Notes under the pieces: model-generated
Database searches by the model: none
Seen by the model: only the letters and a program-made list of their open reading frames with translations
What the model was told of the DNA's origin: nothing
NCBI GenBank assembly: GCA_015680685.1
Contig: MNCI01002560.1
Span: 1-64,000, forward strand
Direction: 5' to 3'
Length of the DNA: 64,000 bases
Source of the DNA: Gnetum montanum
Taxonomy: Eukaryota; Plantae; Gnetophyta
In this document: positions 26,270 through 41,100 of the stretch, piece by piece
Layout: each line of letters begins with the position of its first letter
How positions within the stretch are numbered: position 1 is the stretch's first letter
Made by a program: the position numbers and the translations under genes

Positions 26270-28856
26270 GAGGGTATATGACCTCAAAGACCCTACTTTC
26301 ATCAAGTGTAGGTAATCCTTAAGGCTTAGGGAGAAATGTTTTGAACTTTCAATCATAAATGAAGATCATTATATCTATATTTTTATCAAAATCTAGGCTA
26401 TCATGCTAATAAAATTGTGTGGAAGAATAATCCATAAGGGAGTATGAGCTCATCCACTAAGATGGGAAGGAATATATTCCTTCCCTATATGACCAAATAC
26501 ATCTCAATGAAACCTATGCTCACATCTTAACTTAGTTGATTGATATGGATGATGAAGATAAGAAGCAAAACTTGGAGAAGTAACAATAAGAGGAGTATGT
26601 GTTCAAGGTAGAATCCTAGCTTGAAAACATCCTAACAGGGTTGTTCCAACAATCAATCCCCAAGACTATGATGCCTTCCTCTACCCCCTTTATCTTTTTC
26701 ATGGGCAAAATTTCATCATCCTTTATCTCGTCCTACTTAAAGATGTTTGGTCCTACACTAGTCATAGTTATATACCAAATGCAATTGGTGTTATAGGCCA
26801 TCACATTTCATCTCTATGTCATTTTCCACCCAACCATGGCTTGTACAAACTTTGTTGCTGATTTTAACCATCACCAACTCATTGACTAATTAGGTGTGGA
26901 CCACTATGGGACGCCAAGCAACCAAGGGATACCATACCATCCTTTTTTATTTGTGCCATACATACTAGTACAAATATCTTACCTCTTGTTTGGCCTACCA
27001 ACCACAATAATAATAGAACCTCTCCCCTTCATTCTACAACTAATAGCAAGGTCACAAGTCTTCCAAAAAACATCACAACCATTTGTGCAAATCCCATAGC
27101 CAACAATTATACAACATGACTTGGATCAGACCTTCTAAATGATCTAGGACCTAATGGAGAAGCTGAAAAGGCTCAAAGTATCAAGATTATCAACTTTTAC
27201 TAGGATGATTCCATTATCCCTATGGTTCCACACATGAAACTTCCTCCTGGTGTCCCTATCCCTTAATTTAGTAAGTACAATGGATGAAATAATCCCAGTT
27301 CTCATCTTATAACTTTTTGATCTAAGTGCTTGCTATTACAACCATGGCCACACACCATAATGAGGATCTTCCCTATGTGCCTAATAGGAAAAGCAATTGA
27401 CTAGTACTATAGCTTACCTAGAGGATCTATATACTTAATGAAAGACTTGATAGCTTAATTCATTAACTACCTTAACTACATCTTGAAGCCCAATACTACA
27501 CTGGAACAACTAATGAAGGTCAAACAAGAATCACTTGAACCAACATAGAAGTTCATCCAACAATGGAATAGTCTACTAAATAAGATACTAAAACCTATAG
27601 CTAAAACCCAACTTTAGGCTATATTCAAGAGGATAGTTAATTATTTTATCAAGTCTTAGCTATACTACCTTGATCCATCATCCCTTAGTCAAGCATTTTC
27701 CCAAATTGAAAACATAGAGGATGCCACAGAAGCTAGTCATGACCCTAGTTACATGACATACAAGAACCAACACATGTGGAGAGATAAGAATAGAGGTAAA
27801 AATAATAATGTAGTTGTTGCAATGATGGCCAACAAAGGCCACTTCCATCTCATATGTTCCCATGGCCTACACAACTCAAGCTTCCTTAATGAGTAAACCA
27901 TGAGAGTAACCCAAATTTATAGAGGAAAAGAAAGAGGCTAGGCCACAACAACAACCTAAATACAAACTCTACATTTTGGGTCATATGGAGGAAGTTGAAA
28001 ACAAAAAATTAATGACCATAAACAAAGACTTCGTTAATGTGATGGAATAGGTAAAGTAATCACTCAAGTAGAAGAACAAAACCTTGAGCTTATATGACCT
28101 AGTCATGACTTCTGCTACTCACTATGAGGCACTAGTTAAGATGTTTACCTCTATTCCTATTAGTGAGGACATCCTTACTAATGAAGAGTCTATCCATGTA
28201 GTAATGGTACCCTCTTCATCTAAGGAATCAAAATCAACATCGCTAGTATTTCATGATAGTGAAATTAAGACAAATCCCCAAAATGATCAGGCAACCAAGG
28301 CATCCCTCTTTGCAACCATATATATAGGACAATAAAAAGTAAATAGGTAGATAATGAGGTGACAACCAATGTCATAACCTATACCATGATTTTCACTTTC
28401 ACTTCAGCACTTAAAGCCTATAATGAATCATAAGCTGTAGTCAAAGGCTCCATTTCTCTAGATTTTTTCATAGGAAAATAGTTCCCCATAATATTAGATT
28501 TCTTGGTAGTAGAAGAAACACTTGGGTTCAACCTCATCTTGGGAAAACCTTCACTTGCCCAACTAGAAGATATGCCTTCACCTATTCACTAAGAAATTCA
28601 CCTACCTTACACGAAAAGTGAAATCATTATCCATGGTGATAGTTTAGTCTCTTTAGCTATTAACAATGTTAAAATAGAACAAGGATCTAAAGTGGAGTTT
28701 CAATAGGAAATTCATACCATTTTTCATGAAATCAAAAGAGGTGATAGAGTAGAAGAGACCAAAGTAAATAATGATGAATCCATCAATGCACTATGGGAAG
28801 GGCTCCCCTTCAGCATTGTCAATGAAGGAGGAGGATAATATAAACTACTACAAAAG
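26270..28856 (+). pseudogene. gag: Element B gag-protease
   Basis: HMKLPPGVPIP*FSKYNG*NNPSSHL, LSLYDLVMTSATHYEALV, VDNEVTTNV (degenerate D[S/T/N]G site), GFNLILGKP. Confidence 0.78.
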
Positions 28857-29589
28857 GTTTGTATACATTTTCTAATCTCTTGAAGATTAGGAAACACCTG
28901 CACAAGTGATGTATGCTTCAGATCCTTATGCACTTATAACCTTGTAGCTATATCGACCTTACTTATTTATGTTATCTCATTTTTCCTTGTGTTAAATTTA
29001 AAGTTTCCTATAGTTTAATGCTTACTTTGGTTTTACATTCTTTTACTGTTAAAGATTTTTTTCCCAAAAGATAAAAACCTCATATAAATCCTTAAAGTTG
29101 AAAAATCCATAAAATTTTTTTTAAAAAAATAACAAAAAAGTATGTTTTCTTTTATGTATCATATTATCCACCATGGCCTTAAACATGCAAATATTGCATG
29201 ACTCACCATGACCTAAAACTAGCAAACAACAATATAACATGTTTTTACTTTAGTTTATAACCTTGCTTCTTAGCCATTTCAACCCTTTTATCAGATTATA
29301 ACCAAGTTTAGCCAATGTGGCCTCAAAACATAGATTACAATGTAGAACTGTAATGTGAGCAAAATGAAAACACTAGAACATTATAACTAGAATTAAAACT
29401 AAAACTTAAAATTAAAATTCAAATGTCTAAAACATCATAACCATAGCCACATGATGTGGAAGAAATGTCCAGATAATAAACTATTAAACAATAATGTTTT
29501 TTTTCTATCACTAGCCATACATCATCATCAACATGAAACCAAAATTCTAAAATTGAAAGGAAACTAATGAAAATAAGAAGTAAATATGG

Positions 29590-32500
29590 AAAAGGTGAAG
29601 GATCATTTCTACCCTATCCACTAGGGCTACTAGTGTCATCTAATGTCTATAACATGATAACACAAAACTAATCAATAATTAATGCACATCAAAACAAAAT
29701 GAATAACTTAAGCAAAAATAAAATGTAATAAAACTAAAGATAAAACAAGCAAACTTAAGATGGTTCTGGGGCTGCATGTTCTATGGGAAAGTTCTAAAGA
29801 CCAACCTCTAGACATTAGAGAAGTTGATCTTTATACATGTTAGCCCATTCTATATCCCCAAGAGTAATTCCTATGAGGATATTAGTTGTATCAGCATCAC
29901 TCCATGTAGCTAGCTCATGCAAAAACATGACGATAGTTATCTCCCATTAAACAATAGTTATTTGGTGAGTAGGAAAGTTTGCTACAACCACATTCTTTAC
30001 AAATATTTTATAAGTCTCCTCTAAGTTAATGTCCATCATGAATAACTCTAGTTTTCAATGCTTTGTAGAGTCCTCCTATAGCTACCTCAGGTAGGCATCC
30101 TTAGCTTTGTATGTCCTCTTGTAGTCCTTTTGTACGCAACCCTACCCAAGAACCCAAGCATAGTAATCCTTCCATTGGAGAGCCTTGCAGTTTTTGAGAT
30201 GAATTTGAAGCCTATATTCTACCAGTTCTCTAGCAAGGATAACCTTTCTATGGATTGAATTCTAGTAGCAAGAGCAACTTATCTCCTTGGTGCCCAAGCA
30301 GTCCTAGTTGAACACTTGCACCTTTATGAAGTCTTTACAATCCTTGAGGTCTTTCACCTACTTCTTTAGTTGTGCGTTTACCTTCGTTAATATCACAACT
30401 TGTTCCTATAGAGTTAACACAAAATAGTGCATACCTAGTGGCACCATTTTATAGCTTTTGTGGCACATTCTCTACATCAGGAGGTGAAGGAGGAAATGTT
30501 CACTGGTCAATTAGGATGTCATCTCAGTTTAGAAATCATAACCAACATAAGACAAAATCCAAAAAATAAAATTAGCTTAATAATTAAAAAAAAATTAATT
30601 AAAAATTTTTTGATAAAAACTTCATAACCATAGAAAATTATATGAAAACCAAAAATGCATAAATCATAAAGGAAAAAATGAGTTAGAACTCTTACCAAGT
30701 TCCAGGGCTGTCTATTGCAACTAGTTAACCATGTCTTTAGCTACATCCCACATGAATTCAAACTTATCTAGGGTCTACCATGGTTACATCCAAAAGCTAG
30801 AAGTGGAAGCCTTAGCTTAAGGTTCTTGGGCTACAACATGCATAATAAGCAAATTAAGAATTATGATTATGATCAAACATGAACCAATGAAAAAGAATAA
30901 CAATGCATAAAATAAAAAATCATAAGTACCTAGTGGATCCTCTAATGAGATAGTAGAAATCTCACCTAGTTGTTCATTCTTAATGAGGGCATCAAAATGA
31001 TCTATGGATGGAGGGCATAAATCCTTATTTTCCTATTACTGTAAGGCCTCATCCTCATAATGTTTTAATATTTCCTCTCCTTGACATTGTCGTTCCTCCT
31101 CTTCATGATGCCTTTGCTACTCCTTAGTCACTGCTACTGCTACCATGGCTTCCTACTCTAGTTACTTATCTACAAGTAGACCAATCATAAAACATTGAAC
31201 AACTTAGCATATTTTTTCTAATAAGAAACATTAAACCAACTTAAAATAAAACTTTTAAAATAGATTAATAAAAAAAAACCAAAATAGAACATACCTCTAA
31301 CATCATGTTGTAGCTTTCTAAGCTTGATTATCAATTTCTTCTTCTTCATGAGTTCCTCAATCACTAGTGCTATATCATCCACCAAGGACCTCTTAAGCTT
31401 TGTCCTAGCTATGTCATCAACTACAAAACACAATGCTAGGATCCCTTTAATCTTACCTAGCACTATGATAGGCTCCACCCCCATGCTGTTGGGGGATGCA
31501 CAATGCCTATCACTATTCCCCTTGGTGGCAATGAATAGTAATTCACCCACATCATCCGCTAAGTCTTGGGCACATGTGGTGGAAGCAAAATGCCTTATCC
31601 AAGGCCTAGTGAGTTGGAATGGATCTTGAGTCACCCATTGCCCAACCTTCCTCACCATAAGGAACTCAAAAAAACTTCATAGATAAGCTATGAAAAGTGT
31701 GAAATGCACATGTCACTTCATCTTGAGATTTGTTCTAATTTTCATGACTTCTAACTATATTAAGAAATCAAATGGGTAGCCCAATTAAATTGAGCACCCT
31801 TAGTGAGTACCTGATTCATTGTCCAAGATTTCTCCATATCTAGAAACTTCCCCTATGATAGTAACTTAGGATATGCATGGGATTAGAATAAGGGATACAT
31901 CTCTCTAACATGTAGATCCTAGAATTGGCTTAGAGAGAATCCCTTACTACTCCACCTACCTCCCAATTTTGGTGGCAACTAGTATACCATCATTTGGGAC
32001 ACCAAAGGGGTTACTAAAGTCACATCATGAACACTAGTAAAGAACCTTTTGACTCCTTGGATGAACAAGTCAAGGATGTTCAACATCTCTATAATGGAAA
32101 TGGTAGGCTTGGGCCCATAAGGAGGTTAAGCAAGCTCACATGAATGATCCTTGCATGGATAGCATTAGATGTCTCATCAAAAAAAAAACTTTGTGCAACT
32201 TCCACCTCATCAAATTTGAGTATCGAGATCTCCTCTGTATGGATTAAAGTGATAATTGTAGCTTCAATTGATGGAATAACCTCTACAACATAACCAAATA
32301 CAACCAATTAGCCTTAACATAGATGCACCATGTAAAACAAAATACAACTAGCATAGCCAAATTAGAACAAAACCAACACAACTACTTAAATAACCAAAAC
32401 CAAAATAACTTTAACAACTACATAACTAGAAAAAATGTTAACATAGAATTAACCTAAAATCAGTAAGAAAACCACTCACTTTGCTTATATGATGCAAGCA

Positions 32501-34508
32501 TCATAGGAGCTCTAGGAGATGGATTTTCTTCTATGTCATTAAGAGATGGGTTTGCCCACCAACTATGTATTGTCCCATTTACTAGAAATCTCTTATAAGC
32601 CTTAGGGTGGAATCTAATGTTTTCTTCAAAGTCACCCTTGAATTGCTCCACTACTACAAGCCTCACATTTGGGCTTTTTGTCAACACTTATAAAGCTATG
32701 TGAGCTAGGAGCAGGAAGTTGTCACCTTTGATAAACCATCCTAAACCTATAGGAAGTGAGAAAACAAGAAAAAATTATAACTAAAGCATGTAACAAAATA
32801 AGAATAACTATAAACCATAAATAACAACTTATGTACCCCTTTACATGATAAATGGTGCTTGGAGGATTTTGGAACCATGTGTGCACACAGTGGCTAACAA
32901 TCAAATTGTTGTCCATGTTATACTAGTTGAACTCAAGCATATTGCAAATTTTAGATAATTTGTGAATTCCCATTGTAGTTGTGTCATCATTGTTCTATCC
33001 CTCCACATGAACATTAGGTTGATCAATCAAGAACTTGATGATTAGGCTAGAGGAACCAATCTATGATCAAACCATTAGACTATAATTTTGGAGTTGGTAA
33101 GTAAGGAAGTCATTGAACCTTGGCCTAAACCATATTCCATAATTTCACCAGTTCATATGAAAAGTTGAAGTGTTGGATCCGACAAAATGGATGTAGCAAA
33201 AGAGCCCCACCATCTCTATAACCATGAAGATGGGCTTCAAGAAGGCCCTGTAACATTCAACCACAACTGTTATGACATGCAAGCCAAAGAAAAAACTAAA
33301 AAACATCAAAAATATTAAACAAGATAACCTTTTTATTCACCCAACATGGAAAATAACAATTAGAAAAAAAATCAAAATATGTTCCAAGTCCACATCCAAA
33401 ATCTACACTTCACACTAGAATGACCATAGCAAATCACTTATGAAAAATACCAAAAAACATTTATTTGGATCTAGACCACTTGCAGAAACTTTTAAAAATG
33501 TAAAAATATCCATAGGATCATGGGATGTTGAGGAAGAAAAATTTTCCAAGTGTCAAAAATGGCCATCTTCACAAGGGTAAATGTGTAACAACCTTAAAAC
33601 CACGATTTCATGCAACCGTAGGAAAACATCTATAGAAAATTAATCACTTATCTACTTTTTATTCTTTAATAGCCATTAGAATTGTAAAACTATGAACTAA
33701 AACCTCATAATCATAAACCACGAAATTTATTAACCATATTTTCAAAAGAAATTACCAAATTGACCTTACCATAGTCTTCATGGTGGAAGCCCATTTTCAT
33801 GCGAGCTTATAGAAACAATCATAAGAATCAAAATGTTTATCAAAATTTCATAATTTGAAATTTTTTGGAATCCTCAAATCTTAAACTAATAACCCATAAT
33901 CATCAAACCTAAAATTTCATAATCATTCACCATAGAAAAATTACCAAACTTAGACAAACAATGGCCTAAAAGTAGAAAACCCACTTGATGTACCCTCAAA
34001 AAAAAAAAACAAATAAAAAAGAATATCCATAAAGTGAAACCAAGTGATTCAAAAATATTTTGGAAAAAAAATAGTAGCCAATAATTTCATGACCTTAAAA
34101 ATTAAAAAATGTACCCATTTTTTCAGAAAAAATTTCAAATGTAGCATTGTTTTCTTAGACAAAAAAAGCAAAAACCCATGGAAATCATGGAAAAAAACAT
34201 TTAAAATTTAACGTAAACAAAACCCAAATCCCAAGTAATGTCGAAAATGAATAAAAATGACCTAGATCTATGATGGTATTTTTAAAGAATCATAAAATAA
34301 TGAATATGCAAGCCTAGATATGAGAAATAGGATAAACCCTAAAAATTGAATACATGGAACAAATGGAAGGAACTTATGAGAATGTGTACCTAGGAAAAAA
34401 TGGTGCTAGATCTTTCTCCAATACTTGGATAAGGAGATGTGAAAATCCCTAGGTAGCTACATTTTTCTCCTTCAATGTAGGATTCTTGGTAAGATCCTTC
34501 TTGTTCAT
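29590..34508 (-). pseudogene. Multi-exon gene antisense to element B, between PR and RT; homolog of the gene in A
   Basis: Candidate start MNKKDLTK (34508); introns ~33248-34390 and 32747-32836; peptides LSKICNMLEF..IVSHCVHTWFQNPPSTIY, ILDLFIQGVKRFFTSVH, FGVPNDG align to A. Confidence 0.7.
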
Positions 34509-35049
34509 TGTGTGGAAGACTAGTGCACAAAAATATACAGGATCCTTGGTCTTTGGTAGTCCTGAGGTGACTATGCTAACATTGTTGGTGAGAAAGGCCT
34601 TGACTACACTAAAAATAGAAAATTTTGATGTCAATAGGGCTTCAATATGGGCAAAATAGTGAAAATATGTACAAGTAATTTCTTTTGCAAGTTTTTCCAA
34701 ATAAAACCAAGCCATAAACCTAAGCACCAACACTAAAACACTAGTTTCCATTCATAACACTAGTTAACTTAGTTAGAAAATTGGAAACTAGGAACTACAC
34801 TAGGTTTTTTGAAGAATTTTTGCAAAAAATTAGTAATTTTGGATTGGTCCCACTAAGCACACCAAAAATGAATGCAAAAAGCCTTGACTATGCTAAGTGT
34901 TTCCAACATCCAAGTTAGACTACATTGAGGTTGGGATTCATGAAAACCTTGGTATAACCAACACTTCCATCCTATATCCTTAAATCCTATTATGAACTCC
35001 CTATAGCCTTATAATGTGATTAAATGAATTAAGTTTTAACAAAAATTTA

Positions 35050-37440
35050 TGACTATGCTTGGGAATCCCAAGGACTACTCTAGGCTAGCATAGTCCCAAC
35101 TAATTCCTAGCCTAGTCCATAGTGGAATAGACTTCTCCAAGCCCATTCAGCCTCTAATTGACTCCAAATGATCATCCTACCTCACTTAACCCATAACATA
35201 GCTCTTAGAAACATCATAATATGGTCAAATGCATTCAGTTGTGCTAGAAATTAATCATTCTCCATGACTAGGGAAACTCAGGAACTATACTAAGCCAATA
35301 TAGTCCCAGATAATGCCCATTGTAGTCCATTTGTAATCCTTGAAATAAGCATGTACAAACTCAAATAAACCTCCAAAGACCTCAGAACTATTTTTGCCTA
35401 AACATAGAAACAAATATTCAATTTTTCTAAGACAAAGCTCCATTTTCTATAGTGACTACACTAGGCCTACTTAGGCACTAGTGGTAGCTAGTGTAGTCCA
35501 CCTAGAAAGCCTTCAATAACTCACCTCCAAGTCAATCTCACCTCTTGAGAACCTCAAAACACCATATAACTAAATACTAGCACAAATGTTACCACCTTTT
35601 CCAATTTTTCAAGTGTCTAGACATCAACTACATTGATGAAAAATTAGGGCTACATTAGGCCAACATAATCCCTCTCCAAGGCTAGTGTAGTCTCAAAAAA
35701 ATTGTTGAAATCCATTTAAAAACTATTCAAATAAACCTATAGTAAACCTTAAAACACTATCTAAGCTTGTTTGAGTAGAAAACCTACTTTTTCACCATTT
35801 TGACAATTACCACCTTGAATATGTTGGAGAGATAAGGTAACTACGCTGGGCTAGCATAAGTCACTACCTAAGCCTAGTGTAGTCCATAAATGAATAATTG
35901 AAATATGCCAAAATTAAATTAAATTAAATTAACTTTTGGAAGGCCCTTCGATCTTGTAAAAACATACCTTGACCTCAAAATCCTTTATTGACCATGTCAA
36001 AGTGCTAGCTATGCTTGGGAAAGTTGGGACTATGTTGTGCAAGTGTAGTCACTACTAGGGCTCAACATAGTCCACATTTTGAGGCTCAATCCAAGTCAAA
36101 TCCAAGAATTAAAATACCTTTTTTGACTATAGAACCTTGCCAAGACACATTGAGATCATCAAATTTGGGCGTTAAGCCAAAATTCACTATTTTTGACTTC
36201 CAAAACCTTAACTACACTAAGGAAAATGGTGACTACATTGGCCTAGAGTAGTCACTTTCAATCCCTCATTTAGTCCACTCAAAGTTACTTAAAATGTATA
36301 GTAAAATGACCAAATCCACTCCCAATAAATCCTAGACCCTTAACAAAGCCTTTTTGACCATGAAATCCAACTTTTCTCATCATTTTTTATCATAAAATAT
36401 TGGAATATGGTGAAGGAAGTTGGGACTATGCTAGGCTAGTGTAGTCCTTGCCCTAGGCCCAACATAGTCCATTTGAATTTGCAAAAAAACATTGATACAA
36501 ATAACTCAAAATTTACTTTTAGGAGTCCTAGGGTCCATTAGAGTTATTTTTAGTAATAAAACTCATTTTTTCCAAGTTTTTAAACCTACCTATGCTGATG
36601 GGAAGTTGGGACTACGTTGGTTCAGCATAGTTCCTACTAGGGCCCAACGTAGTCCACTTGAAGATAACCAAAAATACCCAAAATGTTGTTCAAATATACT
36701 CCTAGAAAGACATAGAACCATATTGGATCATGCCTAAAGCTTGGAACCTTTGGAATCAAGAAAAGATTCATCCTTTTTCATCATGTTTTCATCCGTATCC
36801 CTCAAATACTCTTGGAATTACATGCCCAACATAGCCATAAGGTCTTTGATCATTTACAACCCAAACAAGCACCAAAACTAGTAATTTTGACACTAAAACC
36901 ATAACTGGTAGCACCAGTGAGCTCTAAAGCTCATTGGCATGGTCAATTGAGTTCTAGAACTCACCAAAATCCATTTCCCATTCATGAATACAGTGAAGAA
37001 GCTGGTGACTATGCTAGACCAGCATAGTCATAGTAGCAAAGGAAAATGTAACAACAACAAACAACAGTAAATAGCTTAGAATAGCCAAAAACTAACACAA
37101 AATTCCCAAAACCTCATTCCCATGTTACCTAACTACAATTCCACTTTATTTCATCCCTGGAAACTCCATAAACTCATCTATTCCCTATGACTACATTAAG
37201 GCCTTCTAGTCTAGCATATTCACAACTAAAAACATGCATTTTAGCCTTAAGAGAGTTCAAATTAGTGCCACAACTTGCAAATCTTCAATACCTACACCTT
37301 GCACTAGCTTTTTGGATCATTAGGAGCCTAAAAGTGACCATATTAAGCATGAAAAACTATACCTAAATGTTGACTATGCTAGAGAATTCATGACTACATT
37401 GGGCCAGCATAATCACTAGTAGGACCTAATGTAGTCACAA
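35050..37440. repeat. Degenerate array, ~190-bp period, with palindromic core GACTACGCT-N5-AGCGTAGTC
   Basis: Cores at ~35073, 35283, 35454, 35649, 35840, 36027, 36231, 36424, 36610, 37007, 37190, 37392. Confidence 0.8.
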
Positions 37441-38146
37441 GTAAAAGTGTTAATTTTGCTTCAAAATAACCCAAAAGTGATCATCTAATGTGTCCAAAAT
37501 CTCCCAATGACCCTATAGCCCCATATCATGGCCCACTAAGGCCTAAGACTGGCACAATCTAACCATTTTTAAATAGTATTATCCATGTTTTTCCACTTGT
37601 ATTCTATTTTGATGGGTTTGGCCTTATTTCATAGAGTTTTGACTTATTTTGCATTCCTTGCCCTTATTATTAACAATTGACCTCCCCTAGCCTTTGGTTT
37701 GATTACATTTATCTATTTTTTCACTACCATTGACCTTTATTGTCCTCTACCTAGCCTTTCATTAATGTTAATTAATGAGGTTTGGCCATCTTTGACCATC
37801 ATTTAACATCATGTATCCATGGCCTACCAAAGCCTTAAATTGGCAACATGGCCTGCCAAGGCCTAAAATTGGTCTAGTGCAATATGGTTTCCCATATTTG
37901 ACATTATTTTCCATGTTCTTATGATGTTTCAACTTATTTTGACCTTCATTTAAATTTCTTCAGCCTTCATTCCATCTAATTTACCTTTACCTACATCCTA
38001 TAGCCTTAGTTAACATTGTTCTCATTTTGATTAACACTAGGATTGTATGTCTTTGGATATTTACTAAGGTATTTTATATTATTTTAAGCATTATTTACTC
38101 AGTTTTACCCAACTACCACTTAATGTACTTATTTTTGATATGCAAG

Positions 38147-41100
38147 ATTGGAGTATGGATACCTAGAAGTAAATCAATTTACATTTAAGCCTAAGTAAAC
38201 CCCATAGTGATGTTGAATTATGTATTAACCTTGATTGGATAGATCGTGAACTTCAAAGTCTTGTCAACCATATAGTCTGAATTAAAAAAACTCCAGAGTG
38301 GCCTAAGAACCTAGTTAAAACCTTAGACCTTAAGGTTGGTGACATAAATGAAGAATTTCTAGTTGTGATTCCTATCATAATGCAAAATGGTAAGGAGAAA
38401 ACACTAAAACTAAGTTCCTAACTAGAACCTCAATAGGTTTAAGCCATCACCAAGGTCTTGCAAGGTAACACTAAAGCATTTTCCTAGTCATATGAAGACA
38501 TGACAGGCCTAGATCCACACTTGGTTCAACAAAATATCATACTTAAACCTACCATTAGATGAATTAAGCAAAAGTTTCATAATATTAGACATGATTTAAA
38601 CATAGTAGATCATAATGAAATCATAAAAGTATATCAATTTGGTTTCATTAGAGCTGTTGACTATGCAAAATGGCCATCCAACATAATGGTAGTTCCTATG
38701 AAAAATAGGAGTATTCACATTTGGATAGATTTCCAAGACTTAAATAAGGCAACCATCAAGGATGACTTTCCTTTATCTAGTATTGATTAACTTATCAACA
38801 CCATGGTTTCCCATGCCTTGTTACTCTTCATGGAAGGGTTCTTGGAATACAACCATATTAGGATCAACCCAGAGCATCAACTTGCTATGACCTTCATGTC
38901 CCCATGGGATACCTTTTGCTATACTTTGATGTCATTTGGCCTTGAGAAAGTGGAGGCAACCTACCAAAGAGCTATGACATATATCTTTAGTGATTACATG
39001 CTAGGTTTGCTCAATGAATATGTAGATGATAGAGCTGTTAAGTCCAAAGTGGCCCATGATGATACATGTGATTTAGACCTTGTACTTAAATGATGCCTCA
39101 TATATGAGCTTAGGCTCAATCCCAAGAAGTATGTTTTTAGTGTCAAGATTAGTAAGATTCTTGGATTTGTAGTATCTGAAGTAGGGGTAAATGTTGAGCT
39201 TGATAAGGTTAAGCCCATATCCAACTTGGTTTCACCTACTAACCTTAAGGAGCTTTGAGGATTGCAAGGAAGGTTGCAATTTATTTTTAGGTTTATTGCT
39301 ACACTTATGAATAAGTTACAATCCATGTAGCACTTTCTTATGAAAGGAGTTCACTATGAGTGGACAACATAATGTTAGGAAGCCTTTGAAAATCTTAAAC
39401 AAGAGTTAGCACAACTACCAATAGTCTATTATCCAAAATAGGGTAAACTATTTTATATTGACCATGCCATGTTTGATGCATCTATTACCTCTGTACTTTA
39501 TCAAAACTAAGATGATAGAGTGGGGATGCCATTATACTACCATAGACATGCATTGGTCACACATGAAACCCAATACACTAAAGTGGAGAAGTATCATCTA
39601 CCACTAGTATTCTCATTAAAGAAGTGGAGGCACAACCTCTGTAGGAGCCAAGTCAATTTCATTTGCAAAAAACAACATGCTTATAGCCATAGCAATCATC
39701 ATCTATGAAAGTAGCCATATAACCTAATGAAAATCCATAATAGTAGAGTTTGACCTTCATTACATTTTCCAATCCTCAATGAAAGGTCAAGCTATAGCCA
39801 TACAAGTTACAATTTTACCTATTGATGACCATGCAACCATATATCTTGAGTTTCTAATGAACATGTCAACACTATCAGCCAAGTGCCCTAGGATTATGAG
39901 GTATTCATGCACTTTAATGGAGCTTCAACTACCCATGGGGAAAGTGCCATTTCCATCACCACATTCCCTTCTAATGAAATCTAATCCTTCACCTATCGTT
40001 CTGAGTTCCCATGTACCAATAACATAGTAGAGTATGAAGGTTTGATTAGAGTAATGATGGTAGCTAATGACTTCGAAATCAAGTGTTTAAAGATCAAGGG
40101 AAATTCAAAACTTGTTGTCAACCAAGTAACCAAGGTTTACACATGTAAATCCAAACATTTGCAATCTTATTGTGACTTGGGAAGGCAATTGATGCAATGA
40201 TTTATAGACATTAATATCCAACACATACCATAAAATGAGAACACTATACTTGATTCCATCACGATGTCAGCCCTTAGTGTGATACTAGATGTGTTTAGCA
40301 AGTTACCCACATTAATCATGGACTATAATATTTCCATCACACAAAGTACTAAGGATACCTCTATGGTCATACTTCATAAGGGAGCAATATGATGATATCA
40401 AGTTTTATCTTATGCATGGTGAAGCTTCACAAGGCTTGAATACTACTCAAAAGGACATTGTACATCAATAATCAAAATAGTATGTCATAGTAGGTGATAA
40501 TACATGATGTCGATGGTCCTACAATGATATATTATTAGTATGCTTCGGTAAAACCCAAGCTAGAGTAAGTTCAAAAGGACGTATGTGGGGAACATATAGG
40601 ACCTAGAGCTATGGATGCTAAGATTAAATGGTTAGGCTATTACTAGTTCTATATGAAAAATTATTACCTATAAGTGATAAAAAGCTATGATACCTGCTAG
40701 TGGCACAACAATCTCATACACATACCACCAATTGAGTTACATGCTACTTAGATCACTTAGTAATTTCAACAATGGGCTTTGGATATCATCAGACTATAAT
40801 CCCTAAGTCTTTCATAGGTCAGAGCTTCATCATCACTGCAACCAAATACTTTACAAAGTCTGTAGGTTCACCTTGGATAAGGAAGAGTACATCTAAACAA
40901 GTTTGTAGGCTCATCTTGGATAATATAGTAGCCTATTGTGGCATGCCTCTGATCATAGTCATAGATAATGGCCCACAATTTAGTATCCAAGAAATAAAAA
41001 TTTATATCATGACCTAGGCATTATTCATTATTTCTCATTGACATATTTTCCTAAAGCCAATGAAAATGTTGAAGCAAGTAATAAAGCCATAATCAACTTA

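Noticed and set aside
35050-37440. CRISPR-like repeat-spacer appearance
   Set aside because: Eukaryotic TE context, degenerate repeats, ~145-bp spacers, no cas genes.
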